The position numbers and the translations under genes are program-made. The notes under the pieces are model-generated. The model was not told the origin of the DNA. It was given only the letters and a program-made list of their open reading frames with translations, and searched no databases. DNA of 64,000 bases, taken from Acutalibacteraceae bacterium. Its GTDB lineage: Bacteria > Bacillota > Clostridia > Oscillospirales > Acutalibacteraceae. Position 1 is the stretch's first letter; each line of letters starts with the position of its first letter. Location: the NCBI GenBank assembly GCA_045590895.1, contig JAZNRU010000002.1, positions 1,577 to 65,576 of the forward strand, read 5' to 3'. This document shows, in pieces, positions 54,863-63,868 of this stretch.

Positions 54863-55348
54863 ATGACGGAAGAAGCATTTACGGATGCCGTGCAAAGAAA
54901 CAGCCAACGGCTGTATCTGATTGCATTTTCATTTGTAAAGAACAAACACGATGCCGAGGATATTCTGCAGAACGTGTTTTTGAAGTTGTGGAAATATCCG
55001 AAACGTTTTTCGGATACCGTGCATCTGGATAAATGGCTGACGGCGGTATGTGTCAACGAAAGCAAAAATTACATAAAACGGCCGTTTCGTCAGCACCGGG
55101 ATATTGACGAATGCGTTTTCGTTTCATCCGATGATGCGTTCGGCACCCTGAAAGCAGATCTGTACGGAGCCGTTATGCAACTGTCCAAAAAAGAACGAGC
55201 GGTCATTCACTTGTTTTACTACGAAGATCTGTCCGTCAAGGACATAGCAAAAATGCTGAAAATGAAAGAGTCGGCAGTGAAAACAAGATTGAACCGTGCA
55301 AGAAACAAACTGAAAGAACAACTGGGGGATGCGTGGATCGATGAGTAA
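54863..55348 (+). CDS. ECF-type RNA polymerase sigma-70 factor
   Basis: Region 2 (LYLIAFSFVKNKHDAEDILQNVFLKLW) and region 4 HTH (LSKKERAVIHLFYYEDLSVKDIAKMLKMKESAVKTRLNRARNKL). Confidence 0.8.
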   Translation: MTEEAFTDAVQRNSQRLYLIAFSFVKNKHDAEDILQNVFLKLWKYPKRFSDTVHLDKWLTAVCVNESKNYIKRPFRQHRDIDECVFVSSDDAFGTLKADLYGAVMQLSKKERAVIHLFYYEDLSVKDIAKMLKMKESAVKTRLNRARNKLKEQLGDAWIDE

Positions 55349-55796
55349 AAAACAGTATATTGAAACTTTTTCAGACATTCATCCTTCCGATGAATTCATG
55401 GAAAGGATCATGTGTATGAAAGACAAAAGACAAAATCATTCAATCAAAAAAGCCGTCGTTGTGTTGGCGGTGGCTGTAAGCGTGCTGTTTGCACTCGGTG
55501 CCGTGGCGTATGCCGCTACGGACGGAGAAATCATGAATACGGTCGTTAATACGTTCGATCTGGTGGCAGGGAAAGTATATATCCTTGTCAATGGCGAAGA
55601 AACCGAAGCCGAACTCAATATTTCCGAACAGGTCAATGAGGACGGAGAGACCGTGTATTATGTGGAAATGGGGCTTCCGTTCGGTGACGGCACCGAGATC
55701 GAAGTGCAGTATGAGGGGGATGTGAGCGATATTGCCGCTTTCGATCTGTATATTCAGCATGAATCGGAAAGCGAAATGCAGGCAACGGAAGAATAA
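55341..55796 (+). CDS. Putative anti-sigma factor (single-pass membrane protein)
   Basis: The ATG overlaps the sigma stop by 8 nt. A short cytoplasmic N-terminus is followed by TM helix AVVVLAVAVSVLFALGAVAYA and a small acidic extracellular domain. Confidence 0.5.
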   Translation: MSKKQYIETFSDIHPSDEFMERIMCMKDKRQNHSIKKAVVVLAVAVSVLFALGAVAYAATDGEIMNTVVNTFDLVAGKVYILVNGEETEAELNISEQVNEDGETVYYVEMGLPFGDGTEIEVQYEGDVSDIAAFDLYIQHESESEMQATEE

Positions 55797-55826
55797 ATAA
55801 AAAAGATCATCAGAATAAAAAAATCG

Positions 55827-55872
55827 GACCGCAAACCTTGTGAACGGGTTTGCGGTCTGTTTCTTTGTTTTT
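55827..55872. terminator. Bidirectional terminator
   Basis: GACCGCAAACC (55827-55837) pairs with GGTTTGCGGTC (55847-55857), followed by TGTTTCTTTGTTTTT. Confidence 0.8.
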
Positions 55873-57841
55873 ATTCGTCGTCTTCGGGCGGTATGCCTTC
55901 GGTGTACTGGCTGTTGTAAAGCAGTGCGTAGAACCCGTCGGCTTCAAGCAATTGCTTGTGTGTGCCCTGTTCCACGATGTGTCCTTTTCGCATAACGAGA
56001 ATGTTGTCGGCACTCTTGATGGTAGAAAGTCTGTGGGCAATGACGAAACTCGTCCTGCCTTTCATCAGATTTTTCATAGCCAACTGAATCTTCAGTTCCG
56101 TTCTCGTGTCAACGGAACTCGTGGCTTCGTCGAGGATCAGAACGGGAGGATCGGCAAGCACGGCTCTTGCAATGGTGAGCAACTGACGCTGGCCTTGCGA
56201 AAGGTTCGTGCCGTCCTCGGCAAGCAAGGTGTTGTAGCCGTCGGGCAGGGAATCAATAAATTCGCTGATGTTTGCGGCTTCGGCGGCGGCACGGATCTGC
56301 TCATCCGTGGCATCGGGCTTGCCGTAGGCGATGTTGTCGCGTATGGTGCCCTTGAACAACCACGTGTCCTGTAAGACCATGCCGAAATTGCGGCGAAGTG
56401 CATCGCGGGACATGGTGTAAATATCAGTTCCGTCCAACAGGATCTGACCGCTTTGAATGTCGTAAAAACGCATCAGAAGATTGACGATGGTGGTCTTGCC
56501 TGCACCCGTGGGACCGACGATGGCAATGAGATTGCCGGGTTCTGCGGTAAGGTTCAAACCGTCAATGAGCGGTCTGTCTTCCACGTATCGGAAAGAAACG
56601 TCTTTGAATTCAATGTGCCCCTTTGCAAGACCGTTCGGCTCGTTTTCGGTCACGTCTGCTGCCTGTTCTTCTTCGTCAAGCAGGTTGAACACACGCTCGG
56701 CACAGGCAAGGGAAGACTGAATGTTGTTGATGATCTTGGATATGTTGATGATGGGGGAGGAGAAGTTGGAGGACTGTGTCAGAAATGCCTGAATGTCACC
56801 CAATCCCATGTTGTTGGAACTTTTCATGATTGAGCTGATGAAACTTGCCATGAACGGGTATTTGGATTGTACCGCACCGCCCGTCGCAACCAGGTGATTG
56901 GCGATGTAATATGCACCGCCGACGATGCAAAGCAGAACGTAATTGAGGTTCTTGACAAAGGTGAGGATGGGTGCTAAAAGTCCCGAAGTCATGTTTGCCA
57001 TGAAGGCGTTTCTGCACAAACTGCCGTTGATCTCACGGAATTCCTCAACGGAACGCTGTTCGTGGCCGAAAATACGTACGATGTTGTGACCGGCATACAT
57101 TTCTTCGATGTGTCCGTTCATACTGCCGAGCGTATCCCAATAGCGGCGGAACCATTTTTTGGAAATTCTGGAAATGCGGAAAGAGATGAATCCCGTGACG
57201 GGAACGAGGAATATGGCAAGCAAGGTCATCAGCCAATTGCCCGTGCGAAGCATCATAAAGAGACTGCCTACGACCTGCACGACACCCGTTACCACCGTCA
57301 GCATACTGTTCTGCAAACTGCCCGAAAGGTTTTCGATGTCGTTCATAATGGTGCTGATGATCTCGCCCTTCGTTTTTTTGTCAAAGTAACGCAAGGGCAG
57401 GCGGGAAAGTTTTTCGTTGACCTGTGCTCTGACCGAGCAGACCAGTTTCTGCGAAATGCCTGCCGAAATAAACGATTGACCGAAGGACAGCAGGGAACTG
57501 AAAAGATATACGCCTGCGAGCATCAGCAATTGTTTGATGATCGGTGAGAAGTCGATCGGATTGCCTGTTGCGATCTTGTCTTTGATGCTCACGTCCAGAA
57601 GATTGATGACGTCTGCCATGTATTCGGGTGTGATAACGCTGACAAGGGTACTGCAAACGGCAAACAGGCATACGAAAAACATGGGAAGTGCATGGGGTTT
57701 CAGCAGACCGAAGAAACGAAGTGCCGTGCCTTTTGCATTCTGCGGCTTTTTGGATTCTTCGCTGTTGTTTTTGCTGTAAGCGGCATATTTGCGGTTATCG
57801 TACTGTTCGATTTCCTTTTTTACCGAGGATTTGTAACTCAT
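55871..57841 (-). CDS. ABC exporter, fused permease/ATPase subunit (type I exporter, heterodimer partner B)
   Basis: Six-TM domain plus NBD: Walker A GPTGAGKTT, signature LSQGQRQ and Walker B ILILDEATS. Its ATG overlaps the TGA of the upstream gene (ATGA). Confidence 0.85.
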   Translation of the reverse strand: MSYKSSVKKEIEQYDNRKYAAYSKNNSEESKKPQNAKGTALRFFGLLKPHALPMFFVCLFAVCSTLVSVITPEYMADVINLLDVSIKDKIATGNPIDFSPIIKQLLMLAGVYLFSSLLSFGQSFISAGISQKLVCSVRAQVNEKLSRLPLRYFDKKTKGEIISTIMNDIENLSGSLQNSMLTVVTGVVQVVGSLFMMLRTGNWLMTLLAIFLVPVTGFISFRISRISKKWFRRYWDTLGSMNGHIEEMYAGHNIVRIFGHEQRSVEEFREINGSLCRNAFMANMTSGLLAPILTFVKNLNYVLLCIVGGAYYIANHLVATGGAVQSKYPFMASFISSIMKSSNNMGLGDIQAFLTQSSNFSSPIINISKIINNIQSSLACAERVFNLLDEEEQAADVTENEPNGLAKGHIEFKDVSFRYVEDRPLIDGLNLTAEPGNLIAIVGPTGAGKTTIVNLLMRFYDIQSGQILLDGTDIYTMSRDALRRNFGMVLQDTWLFKGTIRDNIAYGKPDATDEQIRAAAEAANISEFIDSLPDGYNTLLAEDGTNLSQGQRQLLTIARAVLADPPVLILDEATSSVDTRTELKIQLAMKNLMKGRTSFVIAHRLSTIKSADNILVMRKGHIVEQGTHKQLLEADGFYALLYNSQYTEGIPPEDDE

Positions 57842-59706
57842 GCGCCCACCTCCCCGTCGGTTGCATCTTCCAGTTGCGATGCAACGATCTCCTGATACAC
57901 CGCACAACTGCCGAGCAGTTCTTCGTGCGTGCCGATGCCTACCGCTTCGCCGTTTTCCATGACGATGATGCGGTCTGCGTTGAGAACGGTGCCCACGCGT
58001 TGGGTAACGATGATGATGTTGGTGTCTTTCATATTTTCACGCAGTGCCGCACGAAGTCTTGCATCGGTTGCAAGGTCAAGGGCTGAAAAACTGTCGTCAA
58101 AAATACAGATATCCGCATTTTTTACAATGGCACGGGCAATGGACAGTCGCTGTTTCTGACCGCCCGAATAGTTTTTTCCTGCTTGCGAAACAAAACTTTC
58201 AATGCCGTCGGGCATGGCGGCAACAAAACTTTTTGCCTGTGCAATTTCAAGGGCTTCCCAGATCTCGGCATCCGTGGCATCTTCCTTGCCGTAGCGGATG
58301 TTGTCGGCGACCGTTCCGCTGAACAGGAACGCCTGTTGGGGGATAAAAGCAATGCGGCGGTTTCGTTCCCGGGCACTCATGTCGCGTACGTTGACACCGC
58401 CGATACACACTTCACCCGCCGTTACATCGTATAAACGCGGGATCAGATTGACCAAGGTGGATTTTCCGCTGCCTGTGATACCGATGATCGCTGTGATCTC
58501 ACCCGGTCTGCAAGTAAAACTGACGTGGCTGACGGCATCTCGGTCCGTCAGTTTTTTCTTTTTGTTTTCGTCCAATTCGACGGGTTTCGGGGTGTTATCC
58601 GCATTTTTTTTCGTGTTGCGTTTTTTCTTTTTTTCTGTTTTGGGAACGGGTTTATAGCGGAAAGAAACGTCTTTGAATTCCACCACGCCTCGCATATCTT
58701 CACGGGGAAGCTGCGGCTGTTCGGGTTCGGGAACGTCCGTTACGCAATCGTAAATTTCATTGATACGCTTTGCGGAAATGCCGGCTTTGGGAATGCTTAC
58801 CGCAATGCTGACGATGGATGCGATACTGGAGAAGATCATCGTGAAGAAGCTCAGAAACATCTGCAGATTCGGGATCGTGTTCAGAAGATCTCTTTCCTGT
58901 GTGACGGGATCGAGTGCATCCGCATTGCGTACGGCAATGTACATCAATACGCACAGCAGACCGTACAGAGCCATCGTCACAAAGGGAAGAAGTGCACTCA
59001 TGATGCGGCTTGCACGCAGGGCAAGGCCTGTCAGCTCATAGTTGGTTTTTTCAAAGCGTGCATCTTCCTGTTGTGTTTTGTTGAATGCACGGATGACGCG
59101 GATGCCGCCGATCTTTTCTCGCATGAGCTGGTTGAGCTGATCGAGTTTTTTCTGCATTTTTGAATACATGGGGATAATAATGGTCAGCATTGTGATCGCA
59201 ACCACGGCCAGGACGGGAATGAACGACATCGAAGCCGATGCAAGGTCGCGGCTGAGGGTGAATGCCATCACAAGACCGCCGATGAGCATGATCGGAACGG
59301 GGAGCAGGGATTTCAGCACGTTCAGGATCACGTCGTGCACCTGTTTGACGTCGTTGGTGGTGCGGGTAATCAGTGAGGATACGCCGATCTTGTCAATGTC
59401 ACTCTGGCAAAGAGAAGAAACTTTCGTAAAGAGAGCGTTTCGCAGTGTTCTGGAATACTCCACGGAAGTGCGGGTGGAAAAATAAGTATTGGAAAAGGAC
59501 AGGGCGATGCTCAATAAGGTCAGGGCGAGCATACCGATGCCGATCTCCACGATCATATCCATATTATAAACCACGATGCCTTCACTGTAAATGCGTCTTG
59601 TGTAGAACGGCAAAAGCACCTGCATGACGGTATATACGGTCGAAAACAGGATGCTGAGCAACAGCGTTTTGCGGTGCGGTTTTATCATTTTCAGAATTCG
59701 CAGCAC
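57838..59706 (-). CDS. ABC exporter, fused permease/ATPase subunit (partner A) with Lys-rich NBD insertion
   Basis: The GTG at 59706 lies 8 nt after AAGGAGGA (VLRILKMIKPH...). Walker A GITGSGKST, signature YSGGQKQ and Walker B ICIFDDSFS. Confidence 0.85.
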   Translation of the reverse strand: MLRILKMIKPHRKTLLLSILFSTVYTVMQVLLPFYTRRIYSEGIVVYNMDMIVEIGIGMLALTLLSIALSFSNTYFSTRTSVEYSRTLRNALFTKVSSLCQSDIDKIGVSSLITRTTNDVKQVHDVILNVLKSLLPVPIMLIGGLVMAFTLSRDLASASMSFIPVLAVVAITMLTIIIPMYSKMQKKLDQLNQLMREKIGGIRVIRAFNKTQQEDARFEKTNYELTGLALRASRIMSALLPFVTMALYGLLCVLMYIAVRNADALDPVTQERDLLNTIPNLQMFLSFFTMIFSSIASIVSIAVSIPKAGISAKRINEIYDCVTDVPEPEQPQLPREDMRGVVEFKDVSFRYKPVPKTEKKKKRNTKKNADNTPKPVELDENKKKKLTDRDAVSHVSFTCRPGEITAIIGITGSGKSTLVNLIPRLYDVTAGEVCIGGVNVRDMSARERNRRIAFIPQQAFLFSGTVADNIRYGKEDATDAEIWEALEIAQAKSFVAAMPDGIESFVSQAGKNYSGGQKQRLSIARAIVKNADICIFDDSFSALDLATDARLRAALRENMKDTNIIIVTQRVGTVLNADRIIVMENGEAVGIGTHEELLGSCAVYQEIVASQLEDATDGEVGA

Positions 59707-59943
59707 GGCAGAATCCTCCTTTTTTAAACATAAAAATATGATACCATTTTGTATTGAAAAATGCAAGAGTTGTTTTCTGCTGTCGGAAAACGGCAATTTA
59801 GGAATAATTACTAAAATAATATAAATATATTCTAATACAAAATCTGATAAAAATATTGACAATTTGCTTGCACGGTCGTATAATCTTACCATACATACCT
59901 AAAACACAGGGTGTGTTATTTCCGGATAGGAGGAATTTCAAAC

Positions 59944-62013
59944 ATGAAGAAATCCGCAAGAAAAATCCTTTCTCTGCTGCTTGTTGCTGCGATGCTGTTC
60001 AGTTTCGGTGCAGTGTCGGCATTTGCAGAGGAGACCGAACCTGCTTATGAGATTACCTACGGGTTGTTGGACGAATATGTCGGTTCCAAAATCAAAGGCA
60101 CTGTCAAGGGATATGAAAACTCTTTAGGCGAAGACGGTTTGCTGGAGATTCCCGCTTCGTACTCGGGTGGCGGCATCAAGGTGTTGTTCACCGAGATCGC
60201 AGAAAAAGCTTTTGCATATTTTAATGCCACCAATATCAGTGCGGTGAAGTATAACAAGGAAATCAAGGAAGTTGTTGTTGCTGACGGTATTGAAAAAGTC
60301 GGTACGCAGGCTTTCTGTAATCTTGCAAAACTTGAAAAAATCACGTTCAAAGGCGATATCGTTATTGATGAAGCTGCTTTTGAAGACTGCAAAAATCTCA
60401 AAACGGTTATTTTTGAAGGCAAGAATGTCACGGTCGGAGCCAATGCGTTCGCAGGTTGTACTGCTCTGAGTGAAGTCAGCTTTGTGAGTGACGTGGAACT
60501 GACCACCGGTGTCAACGCATTCAATGATACCAAATGGTTCTCCGAATATCCCACCGATTTCATCATTGCAGGCACTACGCTTGTTGCATACACGGGCTCG
60601 GATGCCGCCGTCAGCATTCCGCTGAGCATTGAAAAGATCGGCAACGGTGCATTCAAGGGCAATGAAAACTTGGAGAGTGTTGAACTGACCGAAAACATCG
60701 TTTCCGTCGGTGACGAAGCATTCATGGATTGTGCAAAACTGACGAAGGTGGTCTATTCCGAATTCGGCGTGCTTGAAAATATCGGCATTGACGTATTCAA
60801 AAACACTCCTTACTATGATGCTTACGAAGGCGATTTCTTCCGTATCGGCGGTCGTCTGATCAAGTATCTGGGCAATGACGTTGACGTTGTGATCCCCAAC
60901 ACCGTAACGGAAATTGCCGCAGGAGCATTTGACGGTTGCTACACCAAATCCGGTGACGGTACCATCAGTTATCAGATATCTTCCATCCGCGTTCCCGCAT
61001 CCGTGAAGAATTTTGAAGACGGTTGCTTTACGCTGTATTCGGCTCCTTCCGAATTCGTTCCCGTGCTTTACGTATACAGCGGTACGGATGCTGCTGCTTA
61101 CGTCGCTGAAAAGGGTTACAATCACATCGTGATCGGTACACCCGGTGATGTGGATGTTGACAGCACCGTATCTCCCGCAGATGCAAGACTTGCCCTGCGT
61201 GCGGCGGTCGGTCTGGATGCTTTGAACGCAACTTCGCTTTACATGGGTGACATGGACGGTGATCTGCTGATCTCCGTTTCCGATGCACGTACCATTCTTC
61301 GTATTGCCGTCGGTCTTGAAGAAGTTTCCTTTAATGCACTGCTCTCCAAGCCCTCCACACCCACCGAAATTCTTGATTATTATGCAGATGTTCTTGAAGA
61401 CACCGCAAAACTTCGTGCCGGTTACACCAAAAAGGTCACGGGTTCTTATGCAAAGAACAACACTGCAGATTGCAGTCTGGATCTGAATACCTATATGCTG
61501 TATCTCAGCCCCCTGATGGCCGAAGACAGCAGTGTCGTCAATTCTTCCCGTGCATATGAAAGCAACACCGAAGCCGCTGTTGCCAATTTCGTAAGCAGTG
61601 ATCTGATCTCTACCGATGCCGTACAGTCTGCTTCCTGCCTGCTCAGAGACGGTAAGTACTATATCACCATCGTTCTGAATGCGGAAGAAGCCGTTACGGA
61701 TGATACATTCGTATCCGACATTTACCCCGTAGCAGGTCGTTCGCATTTTGACGGTATGCTCAATTCCAAGTCCTGGTATACTTCCAAACTCAACTGGCTT
61801 ACCTATGATCTGTTCTATAAGAACTGCAAGGTCACCGCTGTGATCGATGCCGCGACCGATCGCATTGAAAGCCTTGATATGAGCGTTACCTATTCGTTTG
61901 AAAACATCGACGGTAAACTCGGCGGACTTGACGTTACGAATTACGGCCGCACTTCCGGTACCGGTTTTGCAACCCGTAACGATACCATTTCCTTCAGCAA
62001 TTTTGTTTATTAA
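59944..62013 (+). CDS. Secreted BspA-type leucine-rich-repeat protein with internal dockerin and unknown C-terminal domain
   Basis: The ATG follows ATAGGAGGAA. Signal peptide MKKSARKILSLLLVAAMLFSFGAVSAFA. Repeated ...I.IP.SV..IG..AF..C..L..V.. units (LRR_5-like). Dockerin at 61144-61320, then about 230 aa with no recognised motif. Confidence 0.7.
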   Translation: MKKSARKILSLLLVAAMLFSFGAVSAFAEETEPAYEITYGLLDEYVGSKIKGTVKGYENSLGEDGLLEIPASYSGGGIKVLFTEIAEKAFAYFNATNISAVKYNKEIKEVVVADGIEKVGTQAFCNLAKLEKITFKGDIVIDEAAFEDCKNLKTVIFEGKNVTVGANAFAGCTALSEVSFVSDVELTTGVNAFNDTKWFSEYPTDFIIAGTTLVAYTGSDAAVSIPLSIEKIGNGAFKGNENLESVELTENIVSVGDEAFMDCAKLTKVVYSEFGVLENIGIDVFKNTPYYDAYEGDFFRIGGRLIKYLGNDVDVVIPNTVTEIAAGAFDGCYTKSGDGTISYQISSIRVPASVKNFEDGCFTLYSAPSEFVPVLYVYSGTDAAAYVAEKGYNHIVIGTPGDVDVDSTVSPADARLALRAAVGLDALNATSLYMGDMDGDLLISVSDARTILRIAVGLEEVSFNALLSKPSTPTEILDYYADVLEDTAKLRAGYTKKVTGSYAKNNTADCSLDLNTYMLYLSPLMAEDSSVVNSSRAYESNTEAAVANFVSSDLISTDAVQSASCLLRDGKYYITIVLNAEEAVTDDTFVSDIYPVAGRSHFDGMLNSKSWYTSKLNWLTYDLFYKNCKVTAVIDAATDRIESLDMSVTYSFENIDGKLGGLDVTNYGRTSGTGFATRNDTISFSNFVY
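61144..61320 (+). other. Dockerin module (internal)
   Basis: GDVDVDSTVSPADARLALRAAVGLD ... GDMDGDLLISVSDARTILRIAVGLE. Confidence 0.75.
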
Positions 62014-62030
62014 AATTCAATAAACAGTAA

Positions 62031-62070
62031 GAGAGCCTGTTGCAGACAAGCAACAGGCTCTCGCTTTATA
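62031..62070. terminator. Hairpin terminator between convergent genes
   Basis: 13-bp perfect stem GAGAGCCTGTTGC (62031-62043) pairing with GCAACAGGCTCTC (62050-62062). The T tract is weak (GCTTTATATT). Confidence 0.6.
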
Positions 62071-62113
62071 TTATTATAATGTATATAATTATTATTACAT
62101 CATATAATTGTAA

Positions 62114-62695
62114 TCAGATCGCAATGCCGAGTTCTTTGATCTTTTCCTGTAAATGCAAAAAGTCTTCCAGTGCATCGGCTTTTCTTCGCGGATCTCGAAG
62201 CAATGCGGCGGGATGGAACGTGCCCATCATCAGCGTACCGTTTTTGTCGAAAAAGATGCCGTGTTCCTGCGTGACCTTGTAATTGGGGGAGATGAGTTTG
62301 CAGGCGGCAATGCGACCAAGACACACAATGACGGACGGACGCATGATACGCACCTGATTGCGAAGCCAATCAATGCAGGCATCCTGTTCGGCAGGTTGCG
62401 GATCCCTGTTTTCGGGCGGACGGCATTTCAAGATATTTGCAATATAAATGTTTTTGTTTCTGTCAAGACCGATGCCGTTTAAGTACATATCCAGCAGTTT
62501 TCCGGCTCTGCCGACAAAAGGTTCACCCTGCAGATCTTCATTTTCGCCGGGTGCTTCACCCACGAACAGAATTTTTGCATTCGGATTGCCGACACCGAAT
62601 ACGCAGTTGGTTCTCGTTTCACAAAGACCGCATTTCTGACATTTTTCGCAGTCCTGTTTTAATGATTCAAAATTGGTATAAATGATAAACACCAC
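62114..62695 (-). CDS. Uracil-DNA glycosylase, family 4 (Fe-S type)
   Basis: [22 protein letters not shown], then [20 protein letters not shown] and HPAALLR. The start codon is uncertain: GTG 62695 overlaps an AGGTGG SD-like sequence. Confidence 0.8.
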   Translation of the reverse strand: MVFIIYTNFESLKQDCEKCQKCGLCETRTNCVFGVGNPNAKILFVGEAPGENEDLQGEPFVGRAGKLLDMYLNGIGLDRNKNIYIANILKCRPPENRDPQPAEQDACIDWLRNQVRIMRPSVIVCLGRIAACKLISPNYKVTQEHGIFFDKNGTLMMGTFHPAALLRDPRRKADALEDFLHLQEKIKELGIAI

Positions 62696-62870
62696 CTGTT
62701 TTTGTTAATGTTTCATAAATTTAAACACCGTTTTGCGTGAAAAAAACACAAAATAGGTATTGCACTTGCTGAAAAAATGTGATACTATATCTGCAAGCAA
62801 AATAATTATATCGTATCTGTTCTATTTTGTCAATTTTTATGTGTTTCTTTCTGAAAATTTTGAAAAACTC

Positions 62871-62899
62871 TTGACATTGACAAAAGGATGCTATATAAT
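62871..62899 (+). promoter_or_regulatory. Sigma-A type promoter of the cohesin gene
   Basis: TTGACA (62871-62876), 17-nt spacer, TATAAT (62894-62899). A 5' leader of about 110 nt containing two small hairpins follows. Confidence 0.6.
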
Positions 62900-63012
62900 A
62901 TGCTTACAATGCTTTGAGAATAAGCATTGCTATGCCATGCTTGTATATTTTGAACTGCGCAATTCAGTTCTGAATATAAAGAAAACTTTTTAGAAAAAGG
63001 AAGGTCACAAAA

Positions 63013-63786
63013 ATGAAAATTGCAAAGAAACTGCTTGCCGCTGTTGTTGCTGTAATGCTCGTGTGCACCCTCGCTGTAAGTGCATTTGCAGCAGTCTCCG
63101 CATCTGCTGATGTTGATGTCAGCCTTGAAACAACTTGGGAAAACGAAGATGGCTATGTTGTTGTTGATGTTTATCTTGACAAAGCTGTCGGTGCAACTTC
63201 TTGGAAGCTTGATCTCAAGTTTGATCCCGCTGTTCTTGAATATGAATATTGTGAAGATGGCGCTGCTGTTGCAGAATGCAAAGAAACCAAGAACAACACC
63301 ATCGAAGGTGCTATCGGTGATACCAATGCTTCCGAAGGCATTCTTGAAATCGGCGGTTATATGAAGCTTGCTATGTTCACACAGGATGACTTCACTGCTG
63401 ATGCAAAGAAGAACCAGGATGCTCTTGTAAATCCCGATCATTGCCATCTGTGGACTCTCTACTTTGTAATCGTTGACGAAGCCGGTTACGAAGCTGTTGA
63501 AACCGCTATGACCATCGAAGGCACTGTTGACTTCGCAGGTTGTAACGACAAGGGCTTTGAATATGCCGCTGCTGATACCAAGACCGTAGCAGACGAAACT
63601 GCTAAGACCGGTGCTGCAGAACCCACCACTGCAGAACCCACCACCATCGACACTCAGCGTCCGACCGAAGACAAGCCCATCAAGCCCGGTGAAAAGCCCA
63701 CAGGCGACAGCGCTGCTCTTGCTGCTGCTGCAGGCGTAGTTCTTCTTGCAGGTGCTGCATTCGTAGTTTCCAAGAAAAGAAAATAA
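63013..63786 (+). CDS. Cell-surface cohesin-domain protein with sortase-like C-terminal sorting signal
   Basis: RBS AAAGGAAGG. Signal peptide. Cohesin-like beta-sandwich signature (VVVDVYLDKAVGATSWKLDLKFDPAVLEY...LWTLYFVIV). Pro/Thr/Glu linker. Then KPTGDS + AALAAAAGVVLLAGAAFVV + SKKRK. Codon usage resembles that of highly expressed genes such as tig. Confidence 0.65.
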   Translation: MKIAKKLLAAVVAVMLVCTLAVSAFAAVSASADVDVSLETTWENEDGYVVVDVYLDKAVGATSWKLDLKFDPAVLEYEYCEDGAAVAECKETKNNTIEGAIGDTNASEGILEIGGYMKLAMFTQDDFTADAKKNQDALVNPDHCHLWTLYFVIVDEAGYEAVETAMTIEGTVDFAGCNDKGFEYAAADTKTVADETAKTGAAEPTTAEPTTIDTQRPTEDKPIKPGEKPTGDSAALAAAAGVVLLAGAAFVVSKKRK

Positions 63787-63829
63787 TTAATTAAACAGCA
63801 ATTGTTTGCAGTTTTTAATTAGGGTATAT

Positions 63830-63868
63830 GAGCGTTGTGTGGCAAGCGCAACGCTCTTTACCTTTTTA
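63830..63868 (+). terminator. Rho-independent terminator
   Basis: GAGCGTTG (63830-63837) pairs with CAACGCTC (63849-63856), followed by TTTACCTTTTT. Confidence 0.65.

Noticed and set aside
60124-61746. 540-aa minus-strand ORF
   Set aside because: It is antisense to the LRR/dockerin gene, whose plus-strand frame gives clean LRR and dockerin motifs. The same reasoning applies to 51147-52391 (opposite lon), 20158-21285 (opposite gldA), 10001-11197 (opposite glnA), 34149-35345, 8154-8960, 44989-45777, 49986-50699 and 47372-48064.
62760-62993. 77-aa ORF in the UDG/cohesin intergenic region
   Set aside because: It is AT-rich and has no RBS. It spans the consensus promoter and leader of the cohesin gene, and its translation is low-complexity.
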